DNA from: Bacillota bacterium
GTDB taxonomy: Bacteria; Bacillota; Dehalobacteriia; UBA4068; UBA4997
Assembly (NCBI GenBank): GCA_036677375.1
Contig: JAVBWO010000012.1
Span: 420,677-484,676 of the forward strand
Direction: 5' to 3'
Length of the DNA stretch: 64,000 bases
Part shown: piece by piece, positions 29,942 through 40,984 of the stretch
Layout: each line of letters begins with the position of its first letter
Position numbering within the stretch: position 1 is the stretch's first letter
Made by a program: the position numbers and the translations under genes
The notes under the pieces: generated by a model
Database searches by the model: none
What the model was told of the DNA's origin: nothing
Seen by the model: the letters and a program-made list of their open reading frames with translations, nothing else

Positions 29942-30490
29942 TTAATCGTTCTGATATCGGTAATACAAAACGGCGGTATCGCCGTAAAAAGACTCTTTTT
30001 CTAATCGCCAGGCGGCGCCGGCAAAGCGTTCCTGGGTTTTGGCCGCGGTTTCCAAAACCACAATGGCTTCCGCCGCCAACAGGCCTTTCCGTTCCAAGAG
30101 CGGCTCGACTTTAGTGATGATCCCCCGGTTATAAGGCGGATCTAAAAAAACCAAATCAAAAGCACCGTCCAATCGCGGCAGAATATTGCTTACATCGCCT
30201 GCCAGCACCCGGGTAGACGCAGTCATGCCGCAAAGGTCAATATTCCTTTTCATGGCGGACAAAGCTTTTCGATCGTTATCGATGAGCACCGCTGCCCCGG
30301 CGCCCCGGCTCAGAGCTTCCAACGTCATGGCGCCGCTGCCGGCAAAAGCATCCAAGACCCTGGCTTGTGCAAGATAAGGCATGAGTACGCTGAAAATTGC
30401 TTCCTTCACCCGATCGGCGGTAGGTCGTGTATGGTTTCCGGCAGGAGCAAACAAGCGCCGGCCGCCGGCAGTTCCGGCAATGATCCGCAT
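29942..30490 (-). CDS. rsmD: 16S rRNA m2G966 methyltransferase RsmD
   Basis: MRIIAGTAGGRRL..RPTADRVKEAIF..LDAFAGSG..EALSRGA..FLDPPY. Confidence 0.95.
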   Translation of the reverse strand: MRIIAGTAGGRRLFAPAGNHTRPTADRVKEAIFSVLMPYLAQARVLDAFAGSGAMTLEALSRGAGAAVLIDNDRKALSAMKRNIDLCGMTASTRVLAGDVSNILPRLDGAFDLVFLDPPYNRGIITKVEPLLERKGLLAAEAIVVLETAAKTQERFAGAAWRLEKESFYGDTAVLYYRYQND

Positions 30491-30728
30491 GGAATCCCTC
30501 CCCAGAGAATCGCTGCATAAAACAGGAAACGTGGGTAAAACTAATTTAAACAAACCTCAAAAAGCTTTTATAAAAAACCAAGTAAAAAACGCAATTCAAT
30601 TCACGCTACGCCCGTTAAAAATTCCATCTTAACAGCCGCTATAGCACATTGAAAGAAAGGCGGCATACAACGAAAACCCATTAAATCAAAGAAAATCATA
30701 AAAAGCCATGGAAAACAAAAATAAAAAA

Positions 30729-30914
30729 TCAGGAATTCCCATGCTCTTTATGTTTGGTTACGTTGGCGCTAATTTTGATACGGGTTGCACAATGTTCGCA
30801 AATATACCCTTTTCTTTCTTCCTTGGACATTTTATCGTATTTTTCGTAATCCTGATCCACCGGGCTGAGTATCAATTCCCGGTTGCATATCATACAAGTG
30901 ACTTTCATATGCAT
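30729..30914 (-). CDS. Small zinc-ribbon protein (DUF2197/YlaI-like)
   Basis: MHMKVTCMICN...YICEHCATRI; the longer ORF in the track overlaps gpr and is probably spurious upstream of 30914. Confidence 0.7.
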   Translation of the reverse strand: MHMKVTCMICNRELILSPVDQDYEKYDKMSKEERKGYICEHCATRIKISANVTKHKEHGNS

Positions 30915-31031
30915 CGCCTTTTTTATTTTAGCATAGAATTTGTACGAGCACCATAGAGTATTGATTATTCGCTTTACACAAGACTTGTTCCTGCATGATT
31001 TTACAAAAAAACACAAATAAGGAGAAGAAAA

Positions 31032-32000
31032 ATGCATCCAGTCAAAAATGGTATTCCAGACGTTTCCAGCTATAATCTGGCGGTAGAGGCCCATCAAGCT
31101 TTGCGGGGAGACGCCAATATAGAAATACCCGGCGTTTCCGAAGAAGTGGAAAAATATACCGAAGCTACTGTGACCACCATCCGCATCCTGAATTCCGAAG
31201 GCGAAGCCCGCATGGGCAGGCCCAAAGGGAACTATATCACCATTGAGATTCCCCAAACCGAGGAAGCGGCTCTCCTTATCGACGAATTAAGCGGTATTTT
31301 AGCCAAGCATCTCGCGCCTCTTTTACCCAAGGTGGCGGTAGACGTACCCTTTTTAGTAGTTGGCTTAGGCAATCAACACGCCACGCCTGATGCCTTGGGC
31401 CCGGAAACCGTGGATTTCATCCAACCTACCCGTCATTTTTTTCTGCATGTCCGTGATTCGGTAGACGCGGGACTTCACTCTTTGGCTGCTTTTGCGCCGG
31501 GCGTCATGGGCATGACCGGCATTGAGACTGCCTCCATCATCCGGGGCATCGTGGAGCACGTGAAACCCTGCTGTCTTATTGTCATCGACGCTCTTTCCGC
31601 CGCCAGCGTTACCCGAATCGGCACCACCATCCAGATCAGCGACAGCGGCATCCGCCCAGGCTCCGGCTTGGACAATAATCGCAAAAATTTGGATCAGGCC
31701 ACCATGGGCGTGCCCATTATCGCCATCGGCGCTCCCACAGTGGTGCATTCCATGGCCATCATCAAGGAATCCTTAGAATTGTTTGGAGAACAATACCCAA
31801 TCATCACGCCAAAAAATCAAAAAGATGCCGTATCGCTTTTGTCCGAAAAACTGCTTTCCGTTTTTGGCGGCGATTTAGTGGTAACGCCGAAAGAAATCGA
31901 TCTGTTGATTCCGCATATGGCGCGAATCATTGCCGCAGGCATCACCCGGGCGGTGCATCCTGGTGCCAATGAAGAAAACTACCGTTTATATATGCAGTAA
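31032..32000 (+). CDS. gpr: GPR germination protease
   Basis: GRPKGNYITIE, LVVGLGN..TPDALGP, PGVMGMTGIET, IDAL, TTIQISDSGI.PGSG, VTPKEID. Confidence 0.93.
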   Translation: MHPVKNGIPDVSSYNLAVEAHQALRGDANIEIPGVSEEVEKYTEATVTTIRILNSEGEARMGRPKGNYITIEIPQTEEAALLIDELSGILAKHLAPLLPKVAVDVPFLVVGLGNQHATPDALGPETVDFIQPTRHFFLHVRDSVDAGLHSLAAFAPGVMGMTGIETASIIRGIVEHVKPCCLIVIDALSAASVTRIGTTIQISDSGIRPGSGLDNNRKNLDQATMGVPIIAIGAPTVVHSMAIIKESLELFGEQYPIITPKNQKDAVSLLSEKLLSVFGGDLVVTPKEIDLLIPHMARIIAAGITRAVHPGANEENYRLYMQ

Positions 32001-32339
32001 CCCAATGAACGCCAAAATCGCGGCGCTTGAGACCTGAGGCTAAACAAAAAAATTTACGAAGCGACAGCAATCCCCCCAAACCACCGGTAACGAAACTGAT
32101 AAATAAAAAAGCTGCCACATAAATATCTGAAGAACGGCCGTGTCAAGCGGCCGCTTTTTCATATTTAATACTTTATGGAGATTGAATTTTTCGAGATCAA
32201 GTGTGATTTTATAAAAGATCGTCTTGTTTTTCTGCCAATTGCATCCAAACCTCCCCCATATTATAATGGTGGTATCGATCAATGAAAATGAATGAAATAC
32301 ATGAAATATTACGCCATGTAAAGAAGAATTTTCACGATG

Positions 32340-32354
32340 GCAACCGCCGGTTGC
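32340..32354. promoter_or_regulatory. Palindromic candidate operator upstream of the XRE regulator
   Basis: GCAACC-gcc-GGTTGC perfect palindrome; a second GCAACC half-site at 32380. Confidence 0.45.
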
Positions 32355-32537
32355 GGCATTGATAAGCAAAGCTGCTGGCGCAACCGATGACTTTTCGTTT
32401 ATGCTTAAAACAGGTCATTAACCGCCAAACAGCCAATTTTGAAATTTATCCTCTATGCACTTTATGGCTTTATTTGGAATGCAACTTAATACACTTCAAG
32501 CGAAAGGCAAGCGCAGGCGAAAGGAAGGGAATATGCG

Positions 32538-32990
32538 ATGAATATTGAGATCGCCAACCGGTTGGTACAATTAAGAAAACAAAACAATTTATCCCAAGAG
32601 GAACTGGCCGCTAAGATCGGCATCAGCCGTCAGGCAGTTTCCAAATGGGAACGAGCGGAAGCATCGCCCGATACCGATAATTTAATTCTTTTGTCAAAAT
32701 TATACAACATATCTTTAGATAATCTATTAAAAACCGAGGACGAGGCTGCCGCGGCGCCAGATGCCCAGGAAGTTTCGCCGCCCCCAGCCGGCCTGCCACA
32801 AGAAGAAATCAAAGAGGCGGAAGAACAAAAAAATAAAACGTTTTTACAGCGCCTTCCCTACCCTGCCATTATTACCATGGTTTACCTCATTTTGGGATTT
32901 GTCTACGGATTATGGCATCCCGGCTGGCTCTTATATTTGACGATTCCCATATATTATTGGTTCGCAGACGAGATGCAAAAGAAAAAATAA
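32538..32990 (+). CDS. XRE-family HTH regulator with C-terminal membrane segments
   Basis: LRKQNNLSQEELAAKIGISRQAVSKWE; C-terminal YLILGFVYGLWHPGWLLYL. Confidence 0.9.
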   Translation: MNIEIANRLVQLRKQNNLSQEELAAKIGISRQAVSKWERAEASPDTDNLILLSKLYNISLDNLLKTEDEAAAAPDAQEVSPPPAGLPQEEIKEAEEQKNKTFLQRLPYPAIITMVYLILGFVYGLWHPGWLLYLTIPIYYWFADEMQKKK

Positions 32991-33149
32991 TTGGGGCATC
33001 CTATTTTATAGTTAGGTAAGAAACCGTCCGATTAGCTCCTTACAAATATTTTAATTGTTTTTAATTTTTTATGGGCAATTTCAAAGAAAGAACCTCGGCG
33101 GATTGCCAAGGTCCTTCTTTGAAAATTTAAATCCAATCATTATTAATCA

Positions 33150-33422
33150 CTACTGATTGCTAGATGTGGACTGGTTGGAATAAACTGTTCTAGCGGAGCT
33201 GTTGATAGCAGAGGTCTGACCTTGGGACAAAGCCTGCTCAGCAAAAGCTACCATTTTTTTGGTCATATTCCCTCCCACATAACCATTTTGACGAGAGGAC
33301 AGTTGGCCCTTGTCGATCTGATCGTAGTTGGTAATACCCAGTTCGTTGGCTACTTCCATTTTGAATTGGTTCAAGGCACCGGAAGCGCTGGTTACAACAG
33401 GAGTATTGTTGGAACGGCTCAT
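33150..33422 (-). CDS. Alpha/beta-type small acid-soluble spore protein
   Basis: ALNQFKMEVANELG...SSRQNGYVGGNMTKKMVAFAE. Confidence 0.94.
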   Translation of the reverse strand: MSRSNNTPVVTSASGALNQFKMEVANELGITNYDQIDKGQLSSRQNGYVGGNMTKKMVAFAEQALSQGQTSAINSSARTVYSNQSTSSNQ

Positions 33423-33621
33423 TTATTTTCACCTCCTTGTATTGAAGCTAAGCCTATTGTAGCCATTTGAGGGCTTTTTAAACCAGACAGTATTTTCCAC
33501 CTCTCACAATCTCTGCACGCCTTAAAAAATATAGCATTGCCGGATTTTGCATCCGTAGCAATGCGCTTGAAAAATCTTAGAACATGATGTTTTTTATCGA
33601 AATTCTGAAATAAAGAAAATG

Positions 33622-33652
33622 AAAAAAGAGCCTATGTGAAGGCTCTTTTTTT
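33622..33652 (-). terminator. Bidirectional intrinsic terminator downstream of recG
   Basis: aaaaaagagcct-atgtga-aggctctttttt. Confidence 0.8.
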
Positions 33653-33823
33653 ATGATGGTTTTTTCACCATCTTTCATCTCATGACCACAGTTTACATAC
33701 CGTCAAGCATCATGTATTTTTCATCTATCAAATCGTTCTTTACACATTGCTCCGGCGTCAAACCGCGCCATCCGCGGCCGATACATCAGCGTTTCCGGTT
33801 TTTCTGAGATTATTTCATATCAC

Positions 33824-36133
33824 TTAATTCAGCATTTTCATTTTTTCAGCAACCGTTCTGCCCAGCTCGTTTTTGGTCAAGAAATCCGGTTCTGCCAAAA
33901 GCCGGACAGCTTCCCCGCGGGCGCTTTCCAGCATAGGCGCGTCGCGGATGATATCCGCCACCACAAGCTCTGGCAGACCGTGCTGACGGGTGCCGAAAAG
34001 CTCGCCCGGTCCTCTCAATCGCAAGTCCGCTTCGGCAATGTCAAAGCCGCCGTTGCTTTTGGTCATGATATCCATACGCTGGGCGGCAACATCGCTCGCG
34101 GCATGATGCATCAGAATACAATAGGACTGATATTTGCCTCGCCCCACTCTGCCCCGCAACTGGTGCAGCTGGGCCAAGCCAAAACGCTCCGCATCCCGGA
34201 TCAGCATAATGGTGGCATTGGGCACATTGATGCCTACCTCGATGACGGTGGTGCTGACCAAGACCTGAATCTCACCCCGGTAAAAGGCTGCCATCAGCCC
34301 TTCTTTTTCCAGGCTTTTCATCCTGCCGTGCAAAAGCGCCACCGCATAGCCTTTCAGTTCCCGGCCCGTCAGGCGTTCCGCCAGCTTGACCGCAGATTGC
34401 AGATCGCTTTTTTCCGATTCCTCCACCAAAGGACAAACGATATAAGCCTGCCTTCCGGCGTTTATCTCTTTTTTAATGAAATTGAAGATCCGTTCTTCCA
34501 GTTCATAGCCTACGGCATAGGTCTTCACCTTCTGCCGGCCCGGCGGCATCTCATCGATCAAGGAAAGCTTAAGATCCCCATAAAATGTCAAAGCCAGCGT
34601 CCGGGGAATGGGGGTAGCCGTCATGACCAAAACGTCGGGATAGCCGCCCTTGGCGGAAAGCTTACTTCTTTGCAAGACGCCGAAACGATGTTGTTCGTCG
34701 GTGACGGCCAGTCCCAAAGCGGCAAATTCTACCTGTTCTTGAATTAGGGTATGGGTGCCCACCACCACATCCACTTCCCCTTTGGCGATCCGTTCCAAAG
34801 CCTCCCGGCGCTTCTTACCCAGAAGCTGCCCGGTAAAAAGGATGGCGCTGACACCAAGTTTTTCCCATAAGGGAGTCAGGCTCTCATAATGCTGCTGGGC
34901 CAGGATCTCGGTAGGCGCCATCAAGGCCCCCTGATAGCCGCTGCAATAGTTTTTGTAAAGAGCAGCTGCGGCAACAACGGTTTTGCCGCAGCCGACATCG
35001 CCTTGAATCAGCCGGGCCATGGGTTCCGGCGCTGCCATATCGGCAAAGACCTCTCCGATGACCCGACTTTGCGCAACCGTCAAAGGAAAAGACAAGGCTT
35101 CTAAGAACCGTTGCAGGATAGTGGGGTCATGGGGCCGGGCAATGCCCTCCGCCTGTGCCGGCCTGCGGCTGGACAAAACAGAGAGCTGCAGGAGCAGAAG
35201 CTCCTCATAAGCCAGACGCTGCCTGGCTTTTTCCTGCTCCGCCATATGGACAGGGAAATGCATGGCAAACATGGCCTCTTTTCTCCCCATCAAGCCATGT
35301 CTTGCCAAAATTTCCGGCGGCAGCGTTTCCGCGATAGTATCGCCGTATTTTTGCCAGATCTCCGCCACCAGCTTCCGTAGGAATTTCTGGGGTAGGCCTT
35401 CCGTACTGCGGTAAACGGCAATGATTCCGGCAAAGGAGCTGGCCCCGCCGGGTTCCGGCAATTCATAATCCAAGACATTCAACTCGGACTGCCGGTATTT
35501 GTGCTCCAGACGGCCATAAACCACGATCTCGCGGCCTGCGGCAAGCTTGGGCGCCAGATGCTTCTGGTTGAACCAGACCGCCGGCACCATGCCGCTTTCG
35601 TCCCGGATAAAAGCTTTTAAAATATGCAGCTTACGGTTGGGCTCCAGGCTTCTGGTATCCACGATGCGCCCTCGAATCACCGCCGTTTCATGAATGGAAA
35701 GATCGGCAATGGGACGGATCTTGCCCCTGTCTTCATAAGCCCTGGGATAGAATGTCAAAAGATCCTGTGTGGAAAAAAGACCCAGCCGGTTCAAAAGAGC
35801 AGCCCGCTTGGGACCAACGCCTTTTAAATATTGCAGTCCGCAATGACCGGGAACCGCCGCTTTCGGCGGCGTCCTGACGGCGGCAACCGGCGGCGGCTCG
35901 GGTAATTTCAGCAAAATAGCACGAGCCTCCGGCAGCATGGTTTCCCGTTCCAGGAGGGTGCCGTTGCGATAAGAAGCGGCAAAGCGCAAAAGCGCTTCTT
36001 TTTCCGGCGGCGGCAGTAACAACGCCTGGCCTTCCAGCCATAAAGAAAACCCGCCAAATACCGCGGCGTCATAATACCCTGTTTTGGCTTCCTTTTGCAT
36101 GATTTTTTCAATGGCTGCCGGCAGCTTGTCCAC
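33824..36133 (-). CDS. recG: ATP-dependent DNA helicase RecG with N-terminal extension
   Basis: [55 protein letters not shown]. Confidence 0.97.
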   Translation of the reverse strand: MDKLPAAIEKIMQKEAKTGYYDAAVFGGFSLWLEGQALLLPPPEKEALLRFAASYRNGTLLERETMLPEARAILLKLPEPPPVAAVRTPPKAAVPGHCGLQYLKGVGPKRAALLNRLGLFSTQDLLTFYPRAYEDRGKIRPIADLSIHETAVIRGRIVDTRSLEPNRKLHILKAFIRDESGMVPAVWFNQKHLAPKLAAGREIVVYGRLEHKYRQSELNVLDYELPEPGGASSFAGIIAVYRSTEGLPQKFLRKLVAEIWQKYGDTIAETLPPEILARHGLMGRKEAMFAMHFPVHMAEQEKARQRLAYEELLLLQLSVLSSRRPAQAEGIARPHDPTILQRFLEALSFPLTVAQSRVIGEVFADMAAPEPMARLIQGDVGCGKTVVAAAALYKNYCSGYQGALMAPTEILAQQHYESLTPLWEKLGVSAILFTGQLLGKKRREALERIAKGEVDVVVGTHTLIQEQVEFAALGLAVTDEQHRFGVLQRSKLSAKGGYPDVLVMTATPIPRTLALTFYGDLKLSLIDEMPPGRQKVKTYAVGYELEERIFNFIKKEINAGRQAYIVCPLVEESEKSDLQSAVKLAERLTGRELKGYAVALLHGRMKSLEKEGLMAAFYRGEIQVLVSTTVIEVGINVPNATIMLIRDAERFGLAQLHQLRGRVGRGKYQSYCILMHHAASDVAAQRMDIMTKSNGGFDIAEADLRLRGPGELFGTRQHGLPELVVADIIRDAPMLESARGEAVRLLAEPDFLTKNELGRTVAEKMKMLN

Positions 36134-36331
36134 GCTTTTTTTGGCCTCCTTCGCTTATTGATTCAATTACGGCTCATATGATATAAAGATACAGAATAAG
36201 ACTCTGCTGACAAATAACCTATCGCGTAAGCTAATTGCGGTTCACTTATTTAAGCTCATTTTTTTTATGAAAAGAGCATTACAGCTTCCTTCACTGTAAT
36301 GCTCCGGGTACTTAAGCAAAAAACAAATAAA

Positions 36332-37975
36332 TCACTCTACCGCGAGCAGGAAATAATAAAGGTTCTGACCGCCCATTTGCAATTCGATTTCCAGATCCGG
36401 GTAAGCTTCCGCCACTTTGGCGGCGATCCTTTCGGCATCCTCTTTCGAAATATTGTCGCCATAAAGCAAAGTAATGATGCTGTCGTCGTCGCCCATCATC
36501 TTGGTCAGAAGATTTAAGACTACCTGAGGGATGTCCTTGCCTACTTCCGCTAGTTTACCGTTAAAAAGACCCAGAATATCCCCTTCCGCAATTTCGTTTC
36601 CTTCAAAAGAAGAATCTCGTACCGCGTAGGTCACTTCGCCGGATTTTACATTCCGGAGCGTTTCCTGCATGCGTTTCGCATTGTTTTCGGCGGTCTCTTC
36701 CATATCAAAAGCCAGCATAGCTGCCATGCCCTGGGTGATGAACTTAGTGGGCACAATGGAGACCTTCTTTTCCGCCAGTTTTTTGGCCTGCTCCGCGGTA
36801 AGAATGATATTGCTGTTATTGGGCAAAACCACCACTTCCTTGGCAGGCACTTTATTAATGGCGTTTAAGATATCCTCGGCGCTTGGGTTCATGCTTTGGC
36901 CGCCGTTGATAATATAAGCGGCGCCCAATTCCAAAAAGAGATTTTTGATGCCTTCGCCGGAACCCACCGTCACCACGGCGCATTTACCGGAAGCCATTTC
37001 CTCGGAATAGGCATGACCGTTCTTTTTGGTTGATGCCATTTGCGCCTCATACTGCTCCCGCATATTATCCACCTTGATGCTATGGAGGGTGCCGTATTGG
37101 ATCATATGGGACATGATGGCACCTGGATCATTGGTATGGATATGGATTTTGACCATTTGAGGCGTGCCAACCGCCACTTGAGAATCCCCTTTATCGGCCA
37201 GGAAGTCCCGAACGGCATCCACCGGGATATTTTCCCCCTTAACAATGAGTTCTGTGCAATAGGGAAAGGTAATATCGGCTGTGGAAAGTCCTTCGGTCTG
37301 AATACCGCCCGATACTTCCGTTGCAGCCTGCTCCCCTTCCGTATAATGGAACTCCTCGCCCATTAAAGCGCGGAAACCCCCTTCAAAAATAACTAAAATT
37401 CCTTTGCCCCCGGCATCCACCACACCAGCCTGCTTCAAAACAGGCAGCTGTTTGGGGGTATTATCCAGAGCTACTTGCCCTTGCTCCAGGACATATTCCA
37501 ATAATTCCAAAACATCGGCGCCGGCGGCAGCCCGGAAAGTGGCGGCGGCAGCCATATGCTTAAAGACCGTCAAAATCGTACCTTCCACCGGACGCATCAC
37601 CGCGCGGTAAGCCAGATCCACCCCGCGCTGCATGGCAAAAGCGAAATCTCTGGCATTTAAGACCTGCTTGTCCCCTACACCCTGAGCAAACCCACGGAAA
37701 ATCTGGGACAGAATGACTCCGGAATTGCCTCTGGCCCCCATCAAAGCACCGTTGGATAAAGATTGCACAACGGCAGACACACTCTTTTTACCTTGCAGAT
37801 CTTTCACGGCGGAACCCATGGTCAAAGCCATATTGATACCGGTGTCGCCGTCGGGAACCGGGAAAACATTTAAGGCGTTGACCATCTCCTTGTTGATCGC
37901 AAGGAAAGCATACCCTCCGGAAAAGAACTTTTCCAGCTCTTCTGCTCTCAATTGATTCATTTTCACTTGTCGCAA
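36332..37975 (-). CDS. fakA: DAK2-domain fatty acid kinase subunit FakA (YloV)
   Basis: NALNVFPVPDGDTGINM, GARGNSGVILSQ, VEGTILTV, VDAGG, GGQSMNPS. Confidence 0.94.
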   Translation of the reverse strand: MRQVKMNQLRAEELEKFFSGGYAFLAINKEMVNALNVFPVPDGDTGINMALTMGSAVKDLQGKKSVSAVVQSLSNGALMGARGNSGVILSQIFRGFAQGVGDKQVLNARDFAFAMQRGVDLAYRAVMRPVEGTILTVFKHMAAAATFRAAAGADVLELLEYVLEQGQVALDNTPKQLPVLKQAGVVDAGGKGILVIFEGGFRALMGEEFHYTEGEQAATEVSGGIQTEGLSTADITFPYCTELIVKGENIPVDAVRDFLADKGDSQVAVGTPQMVKIHIHTNDPGAIMSHMIQYGTLHSIKVDNMREQYEAQMASTKKNGHAYSEEMASGKCAVVTVGSGEGIKNLFLELGAAYIINGGQSMNPSAEDILNAINKVPAKEVVVLPNNSNIILTAEQAKKLAEKKVSIVPTKFITQGMAAMLAFDMEETAENNAKRMQETLRNVKSGEVTYAVRDSSFEGNEIAEGDILGLFNGKLAEVGKDIPQVVLNLLTKMMGDDDSIITLLYGDNISKEDAERIAAKVAEAYPDLEIELQMGGQNLYYFLLAVE

Positions 37976-37981
37976 GCCTCC

Positions 37982-38338
37982 TTAATCCACCATGCGGACA
38001 TCCTGCACAATCACCTGAACCGTGGAAGGGATTATGCCGGCATTTTTTTCAACTGCATACTGAACACGCTGTACCACATTATTGGCGACCTCGGAAATCT
38101 TACAGCCGTAAATGACGACGATGTGAAGCTTAATCACAATGGCATTATCTTTGGTGATCACTTCCACACCCTTGCTTATCGATTCTTTGCCTAAAATCTT
38201 GCCTAATCCATCTTTGATGTTCTGAGAGGCCATCCCCACCACACCAAAGCATTCGGTTGCGGCAAGGCCGGCAATGGTACCCAAAACATCGTTGGCAATG
38301 ACGATCTTCCCATATGAATTATTGATTTCACAGGCCAT
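37982..38338 (-). CDS. Asp23/Gls24 family protein (YloU)
   Basis: GKIVIANDVLGTIAGLAATECFGVVGMAS; lies between rpmB and fakA. Confidence 0.92.
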   Translation of the reverse strand: MACEINNSYGKIVIANDVLGTIAGLAATECFGVVGMASQNIKDGLGKILGKESISKGVEVITKDNAIVIKLHIVVIYGCKISEVANNVVQRVQYAVEKNAGIIPSTVQVIVQDVRMVD

Positions 38339-38574
38339 TTTTTTCACCTCCATAAAGGCTTTACTTATATTAGTATATCCTAAACGGAAAAAAATGCAAA
38401 TTTTATTTTTGTCTAATCCTGTCTCTTTCTTGCCTTTTCCCTGGTTTTGCCTGCTTGCGGCAAGTTGAGATAACATGTCCTCTTGTCGGAAAATTTTCTC
38501 TCATCCTCTTGCTAAGACGGCTTTTATTTGTTATAATAACAAGTGCGTTTTATGGCAAGAAGGAGGTGTACCCC

Positions 38575-38763
38575 ATGGCAAAATGTGAAATTTGCGGCAA
38601 AGCAATTCGTAGCAGCATGAACGTCAGCCACTCCCATATCAGAACCAAACGTGTCTTGAAGCCTAACCTGCAAAGAGTCCGGGCGATCGTTGACGGCAAA
38701 CCCTGCCGCGTCGTTGCTTGCACCCGTTGTCTGCGCTCCGGCAAGGTACAACGCGCCGTTTAG
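38575..38763 (+). CDS. rpmB: 50S ribosomal protein L28
   Basis: MAKCEICGK..NVSHSHIRTKR..PNLQ..CTRCLRSGKV; AAGGAGG RBS. Confidence 0.97.
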   Translation: MAKCEICGKAIRSSMNVSHSHIRTKRVLKPNLQRVRAIVDGKPCRVVACTRCLRSGKVQRAV

Positions 38764-38852
38764 TTTATTTTCCTAATGTAAGGCTCTAAACAGCCCATAC
38801 TAGGCAAAACCACAGAAAATAAGGTTTTTAAAGAGATTCTGACGAAACAAAG

Positions 38853-38875
38853 AAAAGTGCTCCGGCACTTTTTTT
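38853..38875 (+). terminator. Intrinsic terminator after rpmB
   Basis: aaaagtgc-tccg-gcacttttttt. Confidence 0.75.
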
Positions 38876-39163
38876 GTTGTCTTTTTTAGAAACGATTCAA
38901 ATCGTGTTCAAATTATGATAGTACAGGCTTTTGACTCGTTTGTTGCCGCGTTGGGCGCTGTCTTATATCACTGGAGCGCCACTGACGCACCACTGGAAAG
39001 GAAATGTGCAAAACGGACGCCAAGCCTTTAAAGCAAAGACATCGCAAGATTCCGCTCAACCCCCAAAATGGCTTGCCCATTTGCCGGAAGCATTTTTTCC
39101 GCCGGTCACCAACACCCTGGCCACACCATAAAATATAGAAGAAAGAATCAGGGGGTGGTCGCT

Positions 39164-39382
39164 TTGCGAAGTCAACAAGAAATTATTCAGCAAGTTGATA
39201 TATACAAAGAAAAACTTTATGTTGCCATACAAGAAAAAGAGTCATACCAAAACTACATTTGTCCAGATATCGACCTGGTCATCTTTTCTTTGGTTGATAA
39301 GCTGGAAGCTCTACTTTGGGTATTAGAGCTTGATCTGCCGGAGGGAGACATCATTGATGCTCTCACCGGCTTTACCCATTGA
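39164..39382 (+). CDS. Small hypothetical protein (72 aa)
   Basis: TTG start after AGGGGGTG; MRSQQEIIQQ...DKLEALLWVLE; followed by a terminator hairpin at 39415-39448. Confidence 0.65.
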   Translation: MRSQQEIIQQVDIYKEKLYVAIQEKESYQNYICPDIDLVIFSLVDKLEALLWVLELDLPEGDIIDALTGFTH

Positions 39383-39716
39383 CGCTTCATCAGGCGGTCA
39401 AGCCCGCCTTTTCAAGAACGCACAGGCATAAGCCGGTGCGTTCTTTTATGTTGGAGCTTTAGCAGCGGCCTGTAAAAGTAATGCGGTTGGCGAATTTTTC
39501 AGTGCCTCTTTAAGAGGCTTGCCAGTACTATGCCCCTCTAGGGCTTGTGCATACCACGTGTTAAAGGCATGGTTTTGTTTATTTTCAGCTAGTTTTATCT
39601 TTTTTAACTGAATTTATCTTTTTTTAGCCGGACTTAACCGGCCCCGCCGCACGGCATTTTGATCTATGAAACAGATCAAAACACCCTCGACGGTCAACCG
39701 GCATCGGGAAGCCTTC

Positions 39717-40742
39717 TTATTGGATAATGCCGCCCCCTACCACCAGATCTCCCTGGTAAAATACCACGGACTGGCCGGGGGTCACCGCTTTTTCCGGCTT
39801 TTCAAAGACCACTTCGACAGCGCCGTCCTCCATAGGCGAGATCAAAGCAGGCGCCGCCTGGGCTTTATACCGAATCTTGGCCATCACTTCTAAAGGCGCT
39901 ACAAGACGGTCAAAGGGAATAAAATTGCAGTTCTCTGCCACTAAGCGCCGGCTCAGCAAGTCCTCTTCCGTGCCCAGTACCACCTCATTGGTATCCGCCT
40001 TTAAACTGACCACATAAACGGGATGACCCAAAGCGATGCCCAGACCCTTACGCTGGCCCACGGTATAAAAAGGCAAGCCCTGGTGACGGCCTAATACATT
40101 GCCGTTTTTGTCCACGAAAGCCCCCGGCTTGGCAGAAACGCCCCAGCTTTTCAAAAAACTGCGGTAATCACCGTCTGGGATAAAGCAAATATCCTGGCTG
40201 TCCGGCTTTGCCGCCGCGGCAAGGCCCAGTTGCTGTGCTTTGGCCCGGACGACATCCTTATCATAAGTGCCCAAAGGCAGTAAAAGGCGGCCTAAAACCT
40301 CCTGAGACAAAGCATAAAGCACATAACTCTGATCCTTTCGGGCAAAACCGGCTTTATAAAGAAGAGTGCGACTGTTTTGCCGCCGGATTTGCGCGTAATG
40401 ACCGGTGGCAAAATAATCAAAGCCAAGCTTCAGGCCAAAATCCCAAAGAGCGCCGAACTTGATTCGCTTATTGCAGAAAATGCAAGGGTTCGGGGTTCTG
40501 CCCTGCCGGTATTCCGCGATGAAGTTGCCGATGACCTCCTGGGTGAAGCGCTCCGTCAGAGGTACGGCATAATGGGAAATACCCAGGGCCTGGGCGGCGG
40601 CCTGAGCTTCTTTGATCACACGAGGGTTGCCGGTATCCATGGTGAGTCCCATCACCTCGTATCCTTCCTCCAGCAAAAGCGCCGCCATCACGGTGGAATC
40701 CACACCGCCGCTCATAGCAGCCATTACTCTTTGTTTAGGCAA
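39717..40742 (-). CDS. mnmA: tRNA 2-thiouridine synthase MnmA
   Basis: AMSGGVDS, TPNPCIFCN, ATGHYA, KDQSY, SQDICF, TVGQRKG, TPGQS. Confidence 0.97.
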   Translation of the reverse strand: MPKQRVMAAMSGGVDSTVMAALLLEEGYEVMGLTMDTGNPRVIKEAQAAAQALGISHYAVPLTERFTQEVIGNFIAEYRQGRTPNPCIFCNKRIKFGALWDFGLKLGFDYFATGHYAQIRRQNSRTLLYKAGFARKDQSYVLYALSQEVLGRLLLPLGTYDKDVVRAKAQQLGLAAAAKPDSQDICFIPDGDYRSFLKSWGVSAKPGAFVDKNGNVLGRHQGLPFYTVGQRKGLGIALGHPVYVVSLKADTNEVVLGTEEDLLSRRLVAENCNFIPFDRLVAPLEVMAKIRYKAQAAPALISPMEDGAVEVVFEKPEKAVTPGQSVVFYQGDLVVGGGIIQ

Positions 40743-40954
40743 ACCCTTCTCTCCTTCCCAAGTCCCATATTTTCTTATTTTTTCCAGAAATAGCCGGTTT
40801 ATGACCCTTATGGCAATTCCGGCTTTGCTTTTCCGCCCGCATTACAATCATTTCAGCCATTTTTATCAAGTATCCGCCTTATGGCCCAAACCGGAAATGT
40901 AAACGGTTCGGTTGCGCATGAAGCTGACGGCGGTCATTTATTATAGCCATATGC

Positions 40955-40984
40955 TAAAAAAGGGACGCCCGCTGGCGTCCCTTT
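40955..40984 (-). terminator. Intrinsic terminator after iscU
   Basis: aaagggacgcc-cgct-ggcgtcccttt. Confidence 0.8.

Noticed and set aside
32281-32310. AATGAAA short repeats and the T-rich tract at 24655-24712
   Set aside because: Low-complexity sequence with no further structure.
32040-32369. 109-aa minus-strand ORF between gpr and the XRE gene
   Set aside because: No RBS or motif; it overlaps the likely regulatory region.
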